IMG/VR virus record: IMGVR_UViG_2873180057_000001
Coordinates: 6,857-70,856 of that record
DNA: 64,000 nt
Source: a virus
Taxonomy: Duplodnaviria > Caudoviricetes
Direction: 5' to 3' (one strand)
The translations under genes were made by a program, and so were the position numbers. This document shows positions 8,415 to 18,896 of this stretch, piece by piece (positions within the stretch are counted from its first letter, which is position 1; each line of letters opens with the position of its first letter). The notes beneath the pieces are model-generated. The model was not told the origin of the DNA, did not search any database, and worked only from the letters and a program-made list of their open reading frames with translations.

Positions 8415-11285
8415 TCAGATCCTGTAGCACCAGAAGTAGATCGACCAGGCCCCGTTGGCGGCGCCGGAGAGCTGGCAGGTGAAGCTGGTGGCGTCGCTGG
8501 CTGAGACCACGAAGCCGCGCGTGTTGGCCACGGAGGGGTTGTCGCGGACGGCGACGATGGGCAGGAGCTGGGTGTCCATCGTCGGCCCGAAGGACAGCGC
8601 GACGGCATCCCCGGAGCTGGGGCCCGCCAGGCTGCCGGTGAAGATCCCTTCGTTGGAGTCGACGGCCAGGAAGTCCGCCCACCGCCCGATGTGCCGGGTG
8701 CGGCCGGAGAAGAACTGCATGTGGTTGGCGGTGCTGCTGACCCCGCTGTCCCACCCGACCCAGCCCTGCGTGGAGGTGGCGAAGAACTTCCCGCCGTCGG
8801 TGCCGCCGGAGGAGTAGCCGACGAAAGCGCTGGAGGGCTGCACGAACGCGTACCCGCCGCGGCGCTGCTGGGTGTCTGCCCGCAGCACGGCGAACTCACT
8901 GGTCCCGCCGGTCAGGTAAAGGCGGGCGTAGCAGTCGACACCGGAGTCGTCGAACACGCCGCCGTTCACACCGAGGTTGACCTCGGCGCCCGTCGAGACG
9001 CCGTTGATGTAGCCGAAGTTGGAGCCGCTGGAGGCGTAGAAGCGGATCTCCGGCAGGTAGGTCGCCGTCGGATTGATCTCCAGGCGTCGGCCGCTGGTGC
9101 CAGAGATGATCTGCCCGAGGATCGTCACATCGCCGGTGGCGGAGTCGATGTTGACGGTCTGAGCGCCACCCGCGTTGTATGCCTGCAGCCCGGACGAGGC
9201 CAGCTCGACGCGGGCGCCGGTCTCCGCCGTGCGGATCGACGCGGCGAGCAGCCAGTTCGCGGACACCGTGCCCGCGGTGACCTTGCTGACGGTCAGGTCG
9301 GAGATGTGCGCGTCGTCGATCAGGAGCGCGGTCGCGGTCGCCGCGTCGGAGGGCCCGGACTTGTTGCCCGTCTTGTCGACCGCGACCACACGGACGTAGC
9401 GGGCGGACGTCTCCTCGACCTGCACCGTGAACACGACGGGGATCTGCGCCTGGATCATGCCCGCGTTCGCTGGGGCCTTGCCCTTCAGGGTGTTCTCGGT
9501 CGGCGTGAAGGTGGGCTCGTAGTCGACGTGGATCTCCAGATGATCCATGTCGGACTCCAGGTTGAAGGTGCCGCCAGAGCTCTTGCCCAGCTCGTGCGTG
9601 ACCTGCACCGCGATCCGCGACCCGGCCACCGCCGGAGCCGCCGGAGCCGACGGCGGGATGTTGTCCTGGGACGTCACGAACGTCGTGACCGGTCCCCATG
9701 CCCCGGTGTTGCCGACCTTGTCGACGGCGCGGATCTGCACGTCGTAGCCGACCCCAGGCGACAGGTCCTGCAACTGGGCGGTGGCCTCGCCCCAGGCGAC
9801 GAACATCGTCTGCCAGTCCCCGTCGGGCGCCGCGAACGGCTGTGCCCAGGTCTGCAGGTCCATCCAGCGGACCTGGGCGATCTGCGCCCACGTGGCCGGG
9901 TAGATCATGTCGGTGTCGATGGCGTACCGGATCTCGAAGTGGTCGCCGTCGAGGATGGTGGAGCCGTCGACGTTCAGCGGCGCGTTCCAGGAGATGATGA
10001 CGCACGCTCGGGTGAAGCCTCGCGCGTCCAAGTAGGCGGAGCCGACGAAGGGTTCGATCAGCGTCGGGATCCCGGGGACGCTGGTGTCGGCGTTGGGTCG
10101 GGACCCGACAGGTTCCGTGCCCGCCCCGCTCAGGGCGCGGCCGAACTCCCCGACAGTGATGCGCACCTCGGACGCGGCTTCAAACTCCGTGTAGTCCGTC
10201 AGGTCCGTCCAGACACCGGTGCCAGACCGGTAGGCGATGGTGTAGCCGCTGGTGACGGGCCACGTCGCCTCCGCGACCCGAAGCTTGATCGGGTTGATGC
10301 GCTCGCCGCGGAAGGTGACCTCGCTCGCGGTATCGATCAGTCCTTGATCGGGGTCGTACACCCACACGTAGTCGCCGACGTCGAAGCTTCCCTGCACGTC
10401 ATAGTCGGTGGTCGACAGTTCCAGGGCGTCGCGGGTACCGGTGTACTGGGAGAGTGCGACCGCGGCGCGGGTGTCGGCGTTGGTGATGGTGGTGTCGGAC
10501 TCCGAGACCAGGCGGGTCAGCCGCAGCGGGTTGCCGTGCAGGTCCTTGTAGCCGGTGGCCGGAGACAGGTCGGCGGTCCCCGTCGCGATCGATTCCCCCT
10601 CGCCCTCGGCGAGCAGCACGACGCGGGTGCTGTAGTCCTCTACGTCGCGAGCCACGCCGGTGGAGCCGGGCAGGGCGCGCAGCGTCATGTCCTCGCCCGC
10701 GCCGCGCTTGACGATGACGCAGCGGGGGCTGGTGACGTACAGGGCGCTCTCGGGGCCGGCGTCGAGGGTGCCGTCTCCGTTGACGCGCCAGCCGACGGGG
10801 ATCGCGGTGGTCGACATGGTGTCGCACACGTACTGGATGGCGGTGCGGGGCGTCTCGTAGATGTGACGTCCGGAATAGCTGCCGGTCACGGAGTAGATGG
10901 TGCCCGCCGTGACGGCCCCGGAGGCGGGCAACAGCATGTTGATCGTGCTGGCGAAGCTGGCGGAGGCGGGCATGATGGCGTTCTCGTAGATGTCGCCCTT
11001 GTTGTCTTCGTCGCCGAGCCAGAAGGCCATGCCCACCCCTGTGATGCGGGTGGCGTCCTCGGTGCGTTTGGTGCGCCGGTCGTCGTCGACGCGCCGGCCG
11101 CGGACGACGCCGACATAGCGGGCCGCGCCGAGCAGGCCGTCACCGGCGGCGGCCGGGTTGACGCGGCCGGGGATGATCGCGACGTGGCCGAAGTAGGTGA
11201 TCGTGTCGAGGACTTCGCGGGGGATGTCCGGGGTGAGGCTGATCTCGAAGCTGCCGAGGGCTTCGAGGACTTCGGTGACCGGCAT
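8415..11285 (-). CDS. large minor tail protein with fibronectin-III-like domains
   Basis: 956 aa; LSPGVGYDVQIRAVDKVGN and YVRVVAVDKTGNKS FN3-type motifs; downstream of tape measure. Confidence 0.8.
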   Translation of the reverse strand: MPVTEVLEALGSFEISLTPDIPREVLDTITYFGHVAIIPGRVNPAAAGDGLLGAARYVGVVRGRRVDDDRRTKRTEDATRITGVGMAFWLGDEDNKGDIYENAIMPASASFASTINMLLPASGAVTAGTIYSVTGSYSGRHIYETPRTAIQYVCDTMSTTAIPVGWRVNGDGTLDAGPESALYVTSPRCVIVKRGAGEDMTLRALPGSTGVARDVEDYSTRVVLLAEGEGESIATGTADLSPATGYKDLHGNPLRLTRLVSESDTTITNADTRAAVALSQYTGTRDALELSTTDYDVQGSFDVGDYVWVYDPDQGLIDTASEVTFRGERINPIKLRVAEATWPVTSGYTIAYRSGTGVWTDLTDYTEFEAASEVRITVGEFGRALSGAGTEPVGSRPNADTSVPGIPTLIEPFVGSAYLDARGFTRACVIISWNAPLNVDGSTILDGDHFEIRYAIDTDMIYPATWAQIAQVRWMDLQTWAQPFAAPDGDWQTMFVAWGEATAQLQDLSPGVGYDVQIRAVDKVGNTGAWGPVTTFVTSQDNIPPSAPAAPAVAGSRIAVQVTHELGKSSGGTFNLESDMDHLEIHVDYEPTFTPTENTLKGKAPANAGMIQAQIPVVFTVQVEETSARYVRVVAVDKTGNKSGPSDAATATALLIDDAHISDLTVSKVTAGTVSANWLLAASIRTAETGARVELASSGLQAYNAGGAQTVNIDSATGDVTILGQIISGTSGRRLEINPTATYLPEIRFYASSGSNFGYINGVSTGAEVNLGVNGGVFDDSGVDCYARLYLTGGTSEFAVLRADTQQRRGGYAFVQPSSAFVGYSSGGTDGGKFFATSTQGWVGWDSGVSSTANHMQFFSGRTRHIGRWADFLAVDSNEGIFTGSLAGPSSGDAVALSFGPTMDTQLLPIVAVRDNPSVANTRGFVVSASDATSFTCQLSGAANGAWSIYFWCYRI

Positions 11286-11288
11286 TCC

Positions 11289-12491
11289 TCACCGCCTCAC
11301 GCAGTAGGTCGATTCGGGCAGGCAGGCGATGTACTGGTTGCGCAGGTCGGCGGCCGCGTCGCCCGAGACCGCGGAGCTGCCGCCTGCCTCAACGCCGATC
11401 CAGAAGTCCAGAGCCGTGGCGGCGGCCTTCTGCACTCCGCCGTTGGCGTGCGTGGTGAAGGTGCGGGCGGACCCGAGGGTGAACCGGTTCCCGTCGGCGT
11501 CGTTGCTGGTGGCCCGGACGTACCCGGAAGCGGCGAACGACGTGTTCGTCTCCAGGGTGCTGCGGTAGGCGGCCAGCGTGGCCGAGGTGCCGACTTGCAG
11601 GTAGCCCTCGACGAACCGGCTACCGCGGCGCAGTGCCAGGTCCAGGGAGGCCCGGCCAGGGTTGAGCCCCTTGGTGAGCCGGACGACGACGTGCTCGGGT
11701 TCGTTGCGCAGCAGGGTCGCACCGTCCCAGGAGGTGATCGACGACGCTGATCCTGCCGCGCTGATATTCCACAGCCGGGATCGCCAGGCGCCGCCTGTGT
11801 AGGCCTGGACGTCGAGTGTGGCGGACGCAGACGGGGTCACGTTGACCAGGCCGTTCGTGAGGGCCCAGCCAGTAGGCGCCAGGGCCTGGTCGACGCCGCA
11901 GAGTTCCGTGCCGGACGAGGTGAGCCGTACCCGGCCGACCAGGTAGGCGGTGGCCGCGCAACCCCAGCGCGGCGAGACGCTGCTCGGGACGCTGCGGTAG
12001 ACGGTCATGGCCCCGTCGGCTCCGGTACGCGTCATGGTCGTGGGGTTGCTGCTCCCGGTGTAGTAGGCGTAATGGCCGATGGGCGGGGCGTGCCAGCGCT
12101 CCCCCGTGAGGCTGAAGTCGTTGGCCCGGACCACGCCGGTGAGCCGGGACTGCAGGTCGACCTCGGCGTCGCTGCCCTGGCGGGACAGGGACACCTTCCA
12201 GTCGCTGGTGACAACCTCATTGCGCCATTCCGTGTAGTCCGCCGAGACACTATTGATCTCGTAATAGCCGTTGCGTTCCGGCTTGTCGGTAAAGGTGGCG
12301 GGCACGATGGATCCCGGCTCCAGTGCGCACAGGTTGTCGTGGCGCCACACCAGTTCCGCCCGGGTGAGGGGCGGGCTGGATTCCTGCCCCTCCAGGGAGA
12401 GGTCGCGGCTGTCGCTGCTGGATTCGCCCACGTTGAAGGTCTCGCGCAGGAGTAGGCGGCCGAGCTGGAGGTCTCCGTAGTCGCCTTGCAT
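11289..12491 (-). CDS. minor tail protein (distal-tail position)
   Basis: 400 aa ORF immediately after tape measure gene. Confidence 0.7.
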   Translation of the reverse strand: MQGDYGDLQLGRLLLRETFNVGESSSDSRDLSLEGQESSPPLTRAELVWRHDNLCALEPGSIVPATFTDKPERNGYYEINSVSADYTEWRNEVVTSDWKVSLSRQGSDAEVDLQSRLTGVVRANDFSLTGERWHAPPIGHYAYYTGSSNPTTMTRTGADGAMTVYRSVPSSVSPRWGCAATAYLVGRVRLTSSGTELCGVDQALAPTGWALTNGLVNVTPSASATLDVQAYTGGAWRSRLWNISAAGSASSITSWDGATLLRNEPEHVVVRLTKGLNPGRASLDLALRRGSRFVEGYLQVGTSATLAAYRSTLETNTSFAASGYVRATSNDADGNRFTLGSARTFTTHANGGVQKAAATALDFWIGVEAGGSSAVSGDAAADLRNQYIACLPESTYCVRR

Positions 12492-15400
12492 CAGCGGCTC
12501 ACCATCCTCTGGCGCTGGTAGACGCGGAGTTCTTCGTTCATGTCCTTCACCAGCGCCCTGGCTGCGGCCCGCCGTTCAGCAGGAGACGCGAAGTCGAACG
12601 TCCCGCTCACGTGCACGGTCAGGTTGTGGATGACCATCCCGCCTCCGGCCGGGGCCCCGGTCTGCGGAAGACTGGGCAGTGCGGCGCGGGTTCTACTGGG
12701 GATGAGGGTGCGGCCTGCCGCCATGCGCTTAGCCCAGCCCTGCTCAACACCCTGAAAGGCGTAGGAGCCGATCGGTTCCATGACTTTCGACGGTGACCGA
12801 ATGCCGAGGGCCTTCTTGATGGCCTTCTCCATCGACTGGGCGATGCGCATCATGGTTGCTTCGATCTTGTTCTGCTGAGCCGTGAGGCCCTTCACCAGCC
12901 CCTCTGCAGCCTTCAGGCCCGCCCCGTACATAGCCTTCGCCGCCGTCGTCCCTGCGGCATCGGAAGACCGCTGAAGCTGCTTCTGCAGTTCATTGATCTT
13001 CTTGATCTGTTCCGGAGTGGCGCGCAGCAGGGACTGGGCCGTGGCCAGACCGCCGCCGGTGACCCCGGCCTGGGCGATGTCACCGAGGGCAGTGGCGTTC
13101 AGCCCGCGTGCCCGGAGCTGTTCGAGCATCTTCGAGAACTCGCTCGTGCGCGAGGTGTCGGACTGGAGCTGCTTGATCAGTGTCTCGGGCGACGTGCCGA
13201 ATTTACCGATCTTCGCGATGTTGCCGAAGGACACCAGGGACGACGACACCGACGTCTTGAGCTGATCGAACTTGCCCTTCAGGTCATCGAGTTTCGTCTT
13301 CGCCGACTCCAGGGACTTGTTGACCGACTCCAGCTTCTTCTGATTCGCCAGCAGCGTCTTCCCTGACGAGGTGAGCTGGGAGACCAGCCGTCTCTCGGTG
13401 GACCCGGTGAAGGCTTTCTTGATGTTCGACAGGTACGTGTTGATCGACGACACCAGGGTCGACACCGAGTCCGGCATGCCTAGATCGTGGACGGTCTCGG
13501 TGTGCTTGTAGCCCGCCAGACGCCCGCCAGTGGTGAAGGTGGTGTCGCTGCGCAGCGCGGACTTGCCCTCGGCCTGACGGCGCCGTTCCTCGGCCTCCCG
13601 CTGCTTCTTCTTCTCCAAGGCCGCGCGCTGCTTCGCGGTGAGCTTGCCGCCCTTCTTGAACCCGGCCGGACGGAACGTCCCCGTGTTGATCGCGTGCATG
13701 AACTCGTCGCCGTACTTGGCGACCGCCGCCGCCCGGATCACCCACTCGCCATTGGACAGCAGCGCCGGAATACTGTCCGAAGTGCTAGTGCCGGGGCCCT
13801 CGACACGACCGCCGACCGGGGTGCCGCCAGCGGCGAGCCGGACCGGGCCGCCCTTAGCACGGCGGAAGGACTCGGCTTGTCTGCGGACGGCGTCGGCGGT
13901 GGTCTTGATCTCGTAGCTGACGTGCTCCGAGATCGTGCGGCGCCGGGTCGTGATCGTGATGCTCTTGTCCGAGAGCCGGTCCCGCGCCGCCTGCACACCG
14001 CCGATATTGCTCAACGCCGTACCGGTCTTCGCGGTGACGCTCAGGCTCCCGTCCGGCAACCGCTTGACCTTGAATCCGACCGCCTCAAGTGCGTCGATCG
14101 CGCTCTTTGAGAGCGTCTTGACCGTGACGCTCTTTGATCCGGGCGTCGCCCTGATCTTCTTGATGACGGCGTCGAGCCCAGCGATCGCGTCCTCGCGCTT
14201 CATCTCGAGACGGGTCGACTTCTTGTCCGGGATTTTCAGCACCGAGCTGGCGAACGCCTCTGCCTGCGCCTTGGACAGGCCCATCTGCTGGGCGTACTGC
14301 ACGAGACTGGACCGGCCCCGGGTGTAGATCCCGTTGACCCTCTCCCACGAGGCGCCGGACTCCCGTGCCGCCGCTGCCGCGGCATCGGTGTTCTGCGCCA
14401 AGGCCCGCAGCGCAGATTCCGCCGCTCGCGCCTTGGCAGAGTTCAGATCCAGTTGCCCATTGACCATGGCCAGCGACCCGCGGTTCTCCTGAGCTGCCTT
14501 CGCCGCGTCATCGATGGACTGCTCGAACGCATTCATCGCCCCGAGCCCTCCGCGCTGCACATCGTTGAGGGCCTGAATGGCTTGCCGTAGTCCATCCGCA
14601 GACTGCTTCTGCTGGTCGAGCTTGGACTTCGTCGCGACCGCCTGCTGCCCGAAAAGGCCCATGCCCGCAGCCGCCAGCTGCTGCTCCGCCCGCAGCGAGG
14701 CAACGGCCCCCTTGTACTGCGGGAACAGCTTGTTGATGTCGTCGGTGGACTTACCGGCGTTCCGCAAAGCGGTCTTGATTTTGTTGAAGTCCTCGGCGGC
14801 GGCCTTGCCGCTGCCGCTGGACACCATTCCAGCTAGCGCTGCATCGAGGGACTTGAAGTCGTCCTTGAGTGCGTTGAGGGACTCGCCGCCCTTGGTGAAG
14901 TCATCGACTGCACTGGCGATCTTGTCTGCGGCGTCGTCGAGGCCGGGGATGCGGAAGCCGAAGGCGGTCTCCTTGGACTTCGCCGTGGCCGCGTCCAGCT
15001 TCCTGACCTTCGCCACCAGCCCGTCCAGGTCACCGAACGTTTTCTGGAGCTCGCCTGTGAACTTGCCGGTCGTGGCAAGGTTCTTCAGAGAGGTGGTCAG
15101 CCGGTCGACGTCGGGCGGAGCGCCGCGCGCCTTCTCCGCCAGCTTGCCGATCCCGATCGCCGCTATACCCAGCACGCCAAGGCCCACCGCAACCTTCTGC
15201 AGAGTGGACATGCGCTGCGCGACACCAGTGATAGCGGATCCCACGCCGCCGAACCGGGCAGCCCGCGAGAACGCGGCGAGATGTGCCGCGGCTGCCGAGC
15301 CGGTAACGGCAGTGAGAGCTGCTGCACCGACACTCAGCAGCTTCCACGCGGCATACAGCTGCAGGAACGTGCTGACCGCGCCGGTGGGAACCGAGTTGAA

Positions 15401-16195
15401 CACTTCTGCGAGAGCATTGGCGACGGTGAGCATGGACACTCCGAGGTCGCCGCCTGCGGCCATCAGCCGGATCACGGCCTCCGCGAGGTTCCCGAGTGTC
15501 TCGCCCGCGAGCGGCCCGACGCGCTGCGCGGTGTCCATGAAGCCGTCGAAGCCGCCGCCCTGTGCGAACCCGGCCACGGACCGGGACAGGTCCATCACAC
15601 CGTCGATGAGGAACCGCAGCGTGCCGGTGCTCGCTTCGGTGAGGTCGTCCATGAACCGGTCGAAGCCGGGTGAGGCGACCTCTCCCGCGATCAGGGTGAT
15701 CATGCGGTCGAGTTCGCCGCTCGTGCCCCGCACCAAGCCCTGGGTCTTCGGCAGGATCGCCGAGAACAGCTGGAAGCTCTTGGTGAACACCGGCATGGTG
15801 TCGTCGGCGAGAGCATCCGACCAGTCGTTGTAGGTGTCCTTGAGGGCGGAGAACGCGGCGGTGGCCTCGCGGGTGGAGCGCGGCATCTTCGACAGCGTCT
15901 GCTGGTAGGCCAGCTCGGCCTTGATCGCTTCCTGGGACGACTTGCCGGACTTCTCGACCGCGTCCTGGTACTTCGACTGCGCCTCGGATGCCTTCTTCAG
16001 ATCGCCGATCTGCTTGCCCGCAGCGGCACCGAACGCCGCCAGGCCGACGCCGGCCGCGCCGACTGCGGCGCCTGCCACACCTGCCGCGGGTCCGAGGGCG
16101 CCGATCGCCCCGACCAGTGCCGTGAGCTTGGACAGGGCCGCATCGGTCTTGGCTTCGACCTCGACGTGCCCGGAGGCGATGAGAAACGACATCAC
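12491..16195 (-). CDS. tape measure protein
   Basis: 1234 aa A/G/K-rich helical protein with GPGTSTSDSIPALLSNGEWVIRAAAV motif; follows tail assembly chaperones. Confidence 0.92.
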   Translation of the reverse strand: MMSFLIASGHVEVEAKTDAALSKLTALVGAIGALGPAAGVAGAAVGAAGVGLAAFGAAAGKQIGDLKKASEAQSKYQDAVEKSGKSSQEAIKAELAYQQTLSKMPRSTREATAAFSALKDTYNDWSDALADDTMPVFTKSFQLFSAILPKTQGLVRGTSGELDRMITLIAGEVASPGFDRFMDDLTEASTGTLRFLIDGVMDLSRSVAGFAQGGGFDGFMDTAQRVGPLAGETLGNLAEAVIRLMAAGGDLGVSMLTVANALAEVFNSVPTGAVSTFLQLYAAWKLLSVGAAALTAVTGSAAAAHLAAFSRAARFGGVGSAITGVAQRMSTLQKVAVGLGVLGIAAIGIGKLAEKARGAPPDVDRLTTSLKNLATTGKFTGELQKTFGDLDGLVAKVRKLDAATAKSKETAFGFRIPGLDDAADKIASAVDDFTKGGESLNALKDDFKSLDAALAGMVSSGSGKAAAEDFNKIKTALRNAGKSTDDINKLFPQYKGAVASLRAEQQLAAAGMGLFGQQAVATKSKLDQQKQSADGLRQAIQALNDVQRGGLGAMNAFEQSIDDAAKAAQENRGSLAMVNGQLDLNSAKARAAESALRALAQNTDAAAAAARESGASWERVNGIYTRGRSSLVQYAQQMGLSKAQAEAFASSVLKIPDKKSTRLEMKREDAIAGLDAVIKKIRATPGSKSVTVKTLSKSAIDALEAVGFKVKRLPDGSLSVTAKTGTALSNIGGVQAARDRLSDKSITITTRRRTISEHVSYEIKTTADAVRRQAESFRRAKGGPVRLAAGGTPVGGRVEGPGTSTSDSIPALLSNGEWVIRAAAVAKYGDEFMHAINTGTFRPAGFKKGGKLTAKQRAALEKKKQREAEERRRQAEGKSALRSDTTFTTGGRLAGYKHTETVHDLGMPDSVSTLVSSINTYLSNIKKAFTGSTERRLVSQLTSSGKTLLANQKKLESVNKSLESAKTKLDDLKGKFDQLKTSVSSSLVSFGNIAKIGKFGTSPETLIKQLQSDTSRTSEFSKMLEQLRARGLNATALGDIAQAGVTGGGLATAQSLLRATPEQIKKINELQKQLQRSSDAAGTTAAKAMYGAGLKAAEGLVKGLTAQQNKIEATMMRIAQSMEKAIKKALGIRSPSKVMEPIGSYAFQGVEQGWAKRMAAGRTLIPSRTRAALPSLPQTGAPAGGGMVIHNLTVHVSGTFDFASPAERRAAARALVKDMNEELRVYQRQRMVSR

Positions 16196-16503
16196 ACCTC
16201 CACGTGCTGGATGAGGCCGGGTATAAGCAGGTTCATGGCGTCGACGGGCACTTCCTGCGCGGCGTCAGGTCGGGGTGCAGGTGCGGCTGCCGGTGCGGGT
16301 TGCTGCTGGGTGATCGTGGCGGCGACCGCGCCGTTATAGATCGGGGCTCGGGCGGCCAGGGCGAGGAAGCGGCGGGCGCCGACGACGGTGGTGGCGAGGT
16401 CGATGCGGTACAGGACGAGGAAATCTGCGTCGAGGTCGTCTCGGCAGTCGGCGATCCACGCGTATCCGGCGAGGGCCGTTACGAGGCGGCAGTAGCTTTT
16501 CCC
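16192..16503 (-). CDS. C-terminal (-1 frame) extension of tail assembly chaperone
   Basis: Open -1 frame from slippery G GGA AAA (16503-16497) reading SYCRLVTALAGYAWIADCRDDLDADFLVLYRIDL... to TGA overlapping the tape measure start. Confidence 0.8.
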   Translation of the reverse strand, partial: GKSYCRLVTALAGYAWIADCRDDLDADFLVLYRIDLATTVVGARRFLALAARAPIYNGAVAATITQQQPAPAAAPAPRPDAAQEVPVDAMNLLIPGLIQHVEV

Positions 16504-16883
16504 GCCGCGTCCTCGTCGCTGTTCATGTGGTCGAAGAAGAGGTTGGACACGGTCCGGACGATGGCGTCGAAGTTCTCCTGGTTGATCTTCTTCTGCTCGT
16601 ACAGCGCAAGGAGGTCGCTGTACTGGGGCTTGCCGAGAAGCAGTTCGACCAGGCGCTGGCCGGAGAACACGGCGCCGTCGTTGCGCATCGATTCCACCGC
16701 CAGGTACACGAGCCGCTCGTCGATCACTTTGGGGACGGTGAACTCCTGGTCGTCGATGACGAACAGCACCCTGCGCGCCTCCTCCACCGGAGGCTGGGCG
16801 GCGGTGGTGATGCGTAGGATGCCGTCGTCTTCGGCGGGGGCGGGCACCGGAGCGGTGCGGGTCCTGGGCGCTCGGGTGGTCAC
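16479..16883 (-). CDS. tail assembly chaperone
   Basis: AGGAG SD plus GTG; between major tail and tape measure; ends ...AAGKATAAS with slippery site. Confidence 0.85.
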   Translation of the reverse strand: MTTRAPRTRTAPVPAPAEDDGILRITTAAQPPVEEARRVLFVIDDQEFTVPKVIDERLVYLAVESMRNDGAVFSGQRLVELLLGKPQYSDLLALYEQKKINQENFDAIVRTVSNLFFDHMNSDEDAAGKATAAS

Positions 16884-16891
16884 GGTGGCTC

Positions 16892-17452
16892 CTAGCTGGT
16901 GGCGTCGATGAGTTTGAACGGGGCGATGGAGGCGCTGACGTAGAAGCCCTGCCACTTGACGGTGAAGAGCGTCTGGCCGTCCTTCTTATAGGTGGATTCG
17001 ACCTTGTCGTTGGACAGGCAGCGGCGGATGATGAAGCGGCGGCGGATCTGGCCGGGCGCGTAGCCGTCGAGGATCACCGCGCGGTAGGTGGGCTGGGTCG
17101 CCGAGCTCGCGTAGATCGGCTCGAAGCTCTTGAAGCCAGACCCGCTCGCGGCGGTGCCGTCGTTGAGCAGGAACTTCAAGTTCTCCAGCGTCGGCTCGGC
17201 GAGGTTCGTCTCGATGGTGAACATGCGCTTTGTCAGGCGCGCTCCGGGCTCGTCGACGATCTGGTCGACCTCAAGGGGCGTGTATGTCTGGTCGATGTTG
17301 AGCTTCACTCCGTCCTGGGTGCCGCCGAGGTCGGTCCAGGAAGAGGCAGCCGGGGTGGTGTTGACGGCGGTGTCAGCCGGTTCGGTGGCTCCGTAGTTCC
17401 CGATGTACAGGTCCGCCGGACCCATGATCAGGTTGGTGGTGGTGACAGCCAT
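16892..17452 (-). CDS. major tail (tube) protein
   Basis: WTDLGGTQDGV, LEVDQ, TNLAEPTLENL motifs typical of actinophage tail tubes; synteny. Confidence 0.85.
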   Translation of the reverse strand: MAVTTTNLIMGPADLYIGNYGATEPADTAVNTTPAASSWTDLGGTQDGVKLNIDQTYTPLEVDQIVDEPGARLTKRMFTIETNLAEPTLENLKFLLNDGTAASGSGFKSFEPIYASSATQPTYRAVILDGYAPGQIRRRFIIRRCLSNDKVESTYKKDGQTLFTVKWQGFYVSASIAPFKLIDATS

Positions 17453-17455
17453 GGC

Positions 17456-17626
17456 CTAGGACTCCTTGCTGCTCTTCGCAACGGGGGTGGTCTTGGCCGG
17501 TGCGGCGGCAGGAGGGGCGGCGGGTGCGTCCTCGGCGAGAAGGCCTTGCCGCTGCAGGTCGAGGTACTCGGCGTCGTCGACCTCGAGGGTGACGTGTGGC
17601 TGGATGGTCGTGCGGACAGTCGGCAT
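17456..17626 (-). CDS. small virion-region protein
   Basis: AGGAG SD; MPTVRTTIQPHVTLEVDDAEYLDLQRQGLL... Confidence 0.65.
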   Translation of the reverse strand: MPTVRTTIQPHVTLEVDDAEYLDLQRQGLLAEDAPAAPPAAAPAKTTPVAKSSKES

Positions 17627-17635
17627 CGAGGGCTC

Positions 17636-18088
17636 CTAGAGAGTGATCCAGTGCAGGGCGAGGTCAGCGGAGTAGCGGGCGTAGGAGGAGTCATCGCCCG
17701 GCATGCGGCGCGGCTCCGACACGATGTGCGCGGTCAGCACCCGGGCCTGCGGATAGCCGGGCCGCAGCGTGAGGACCCGCTCGAGACCGGCCTCGTCGTA
17801 GACCGCAGCCACGATCAGTTCCATCAAGCTCGCTGCCTTGCCCCATGGCGGCTTCCCTGATGCCGAATTGACGGCATAGGCGTCGACCTGGACGACAGGC
17901 TCGCGCAGCGCGTAGTACAGCTGCGGTGCGCCGCCGACCGCGCCGACGACGTGCACGAAGCCGTTCGGTTGCCAGGCTGTACTGTCTGACGGCAGCGTGG
18001 TCGCCACCTGCCCGCCCTCGATACCGGCGGCCGACGATAGCCAGGCGACAGCGACCAGTTCGGTGTTCGCCTTCGGTGTGACGGCCAT
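17636..18088 (-). CDS. tail terminator
   Basis: Synteny before major tail; VVQVDAYA and RYSADL motifs. Confidence 0.7.
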   Translation of the reverse strand: MAVTPKANTELVAVAWLSSAAGIEGGQVATTLPSDSTAWQPNGFVHVVGAVGGAPQLYYALREPVVQVDAYAVNSASGKPPWGKAASLMELIVAAVYDEAGLERVLTLRPGYPQARVLTAHIVSEPRRMPGDDSSYARYSADLALHWITL

Positions 18089-18465
18089 CAGAGCATCCCC
18101 CGCCGCTTGTAGAGCGCCGGCCGGATGAACGGCTGCGCGGGGGTGCCAGGATGAAAGACGCGGTTGACGGGGTGGCGCGCCCCGGGCCAGTACAGGGCCT
18201 TCTTCGTGACGGGTCGGATCTCGTGCGGGCCGGACCCGAACTCGACGGTCGACCAGTACGGGACGTTCCGCACCCCAACACGGAGCTGACCGCGGTTCAC
18301 TTCGTGATAGAGGCCAGCTCGCAGGCGCCCGGTGCGCACCGGTGCCATGCGTTCCATGTCGCTCTGGATCTCGCGTCCGAGTTTGTGGAGGTATCGGGTG
18401 ACGGCGTTGCGGACCCAGCCCTGCCAGCCGTGGTTCACGGTGACCTGGTAGTTCGCGCTCAGCAT
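18088..18465 (-). CDS. HK97 gp10-like neck/tail completion protein
   Basis: APVRTGRLR and VEFGS.PH.I...HPGT.AQPFIRPAL motifs. Confidence 0.8.
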   Translation of the reverse strand: MLSANYQVTVNHGWQGWVRNAVTRYLHKLGREIQSDMERMAPVRTGRLRAGLYHEVNRGQLRVGVRNVPYWSTVEFGSGPHEIRPVTKKALYWPGARHPVNRVFHPGTPAQPFIRPALYKRRGML

Positions 18466-18560
18466 CGTCCTGCACCTCCTCTACGGTCGGCGGATCTGGC
18501 TGCCCTGCCAGCCGGCCGTCTACGGGCCGTGCTGCCGGCCGGGCCGGTGTGTCGGAGCCG

Positions 18561-18896
18561 TCAGGCGGCTCGTCCTGTGCGTTTCAGGTCCGCGCGCAGG
18601 GGCTGCGCGAGGAAGGGGTTCGCGTTGCGGGTGACGGCGACGACGATGTAGATCTCGCCCGTCACCTCGTCCTTGATCCGGTGTGATTCGTCGACTGCGG
18701 TTCCGGGCGGCAGGCGGCAGACGTGGGTGCGGACGATGCGGGGGGTACCGGTGACGGGCTCCATCGCGGTGCGCGTCGCCTCGACCAGGGCGGCCGGGAT
18801 GTCGGCGGCGAGCACAGTCGTGCCGTCCGTCTCGTCACCGAACTCGTCCTCGGTGGTGTCGCCGAGGACGCTGACGGTGGTCGTGGCCACATACAT
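18561..18896 (-). CDS. head-to-tail stopper
   Basis: DEFGDE motif, size and synteny. Confidence 0.7.
   Translation of the reverse strand: MYVATTTVSVLGDTTEDEFGDETDGTTVLAADIPAALVEATRTAMEPVTGTPRIVRTHVCRLPPGTAVDESHRIKDEVTGEIYIVVAVTRNANPFLAQPLRADLKRTGRAA

Noticed and set aside
8691-11750. 1019-aa plus-strand ORF (also 22404-24224, 30103-32379, 14577-15833)
   Set aside because: Antisense shadows of real minus-strand genes, expected in high-GC DNA; no recognisable motifs.
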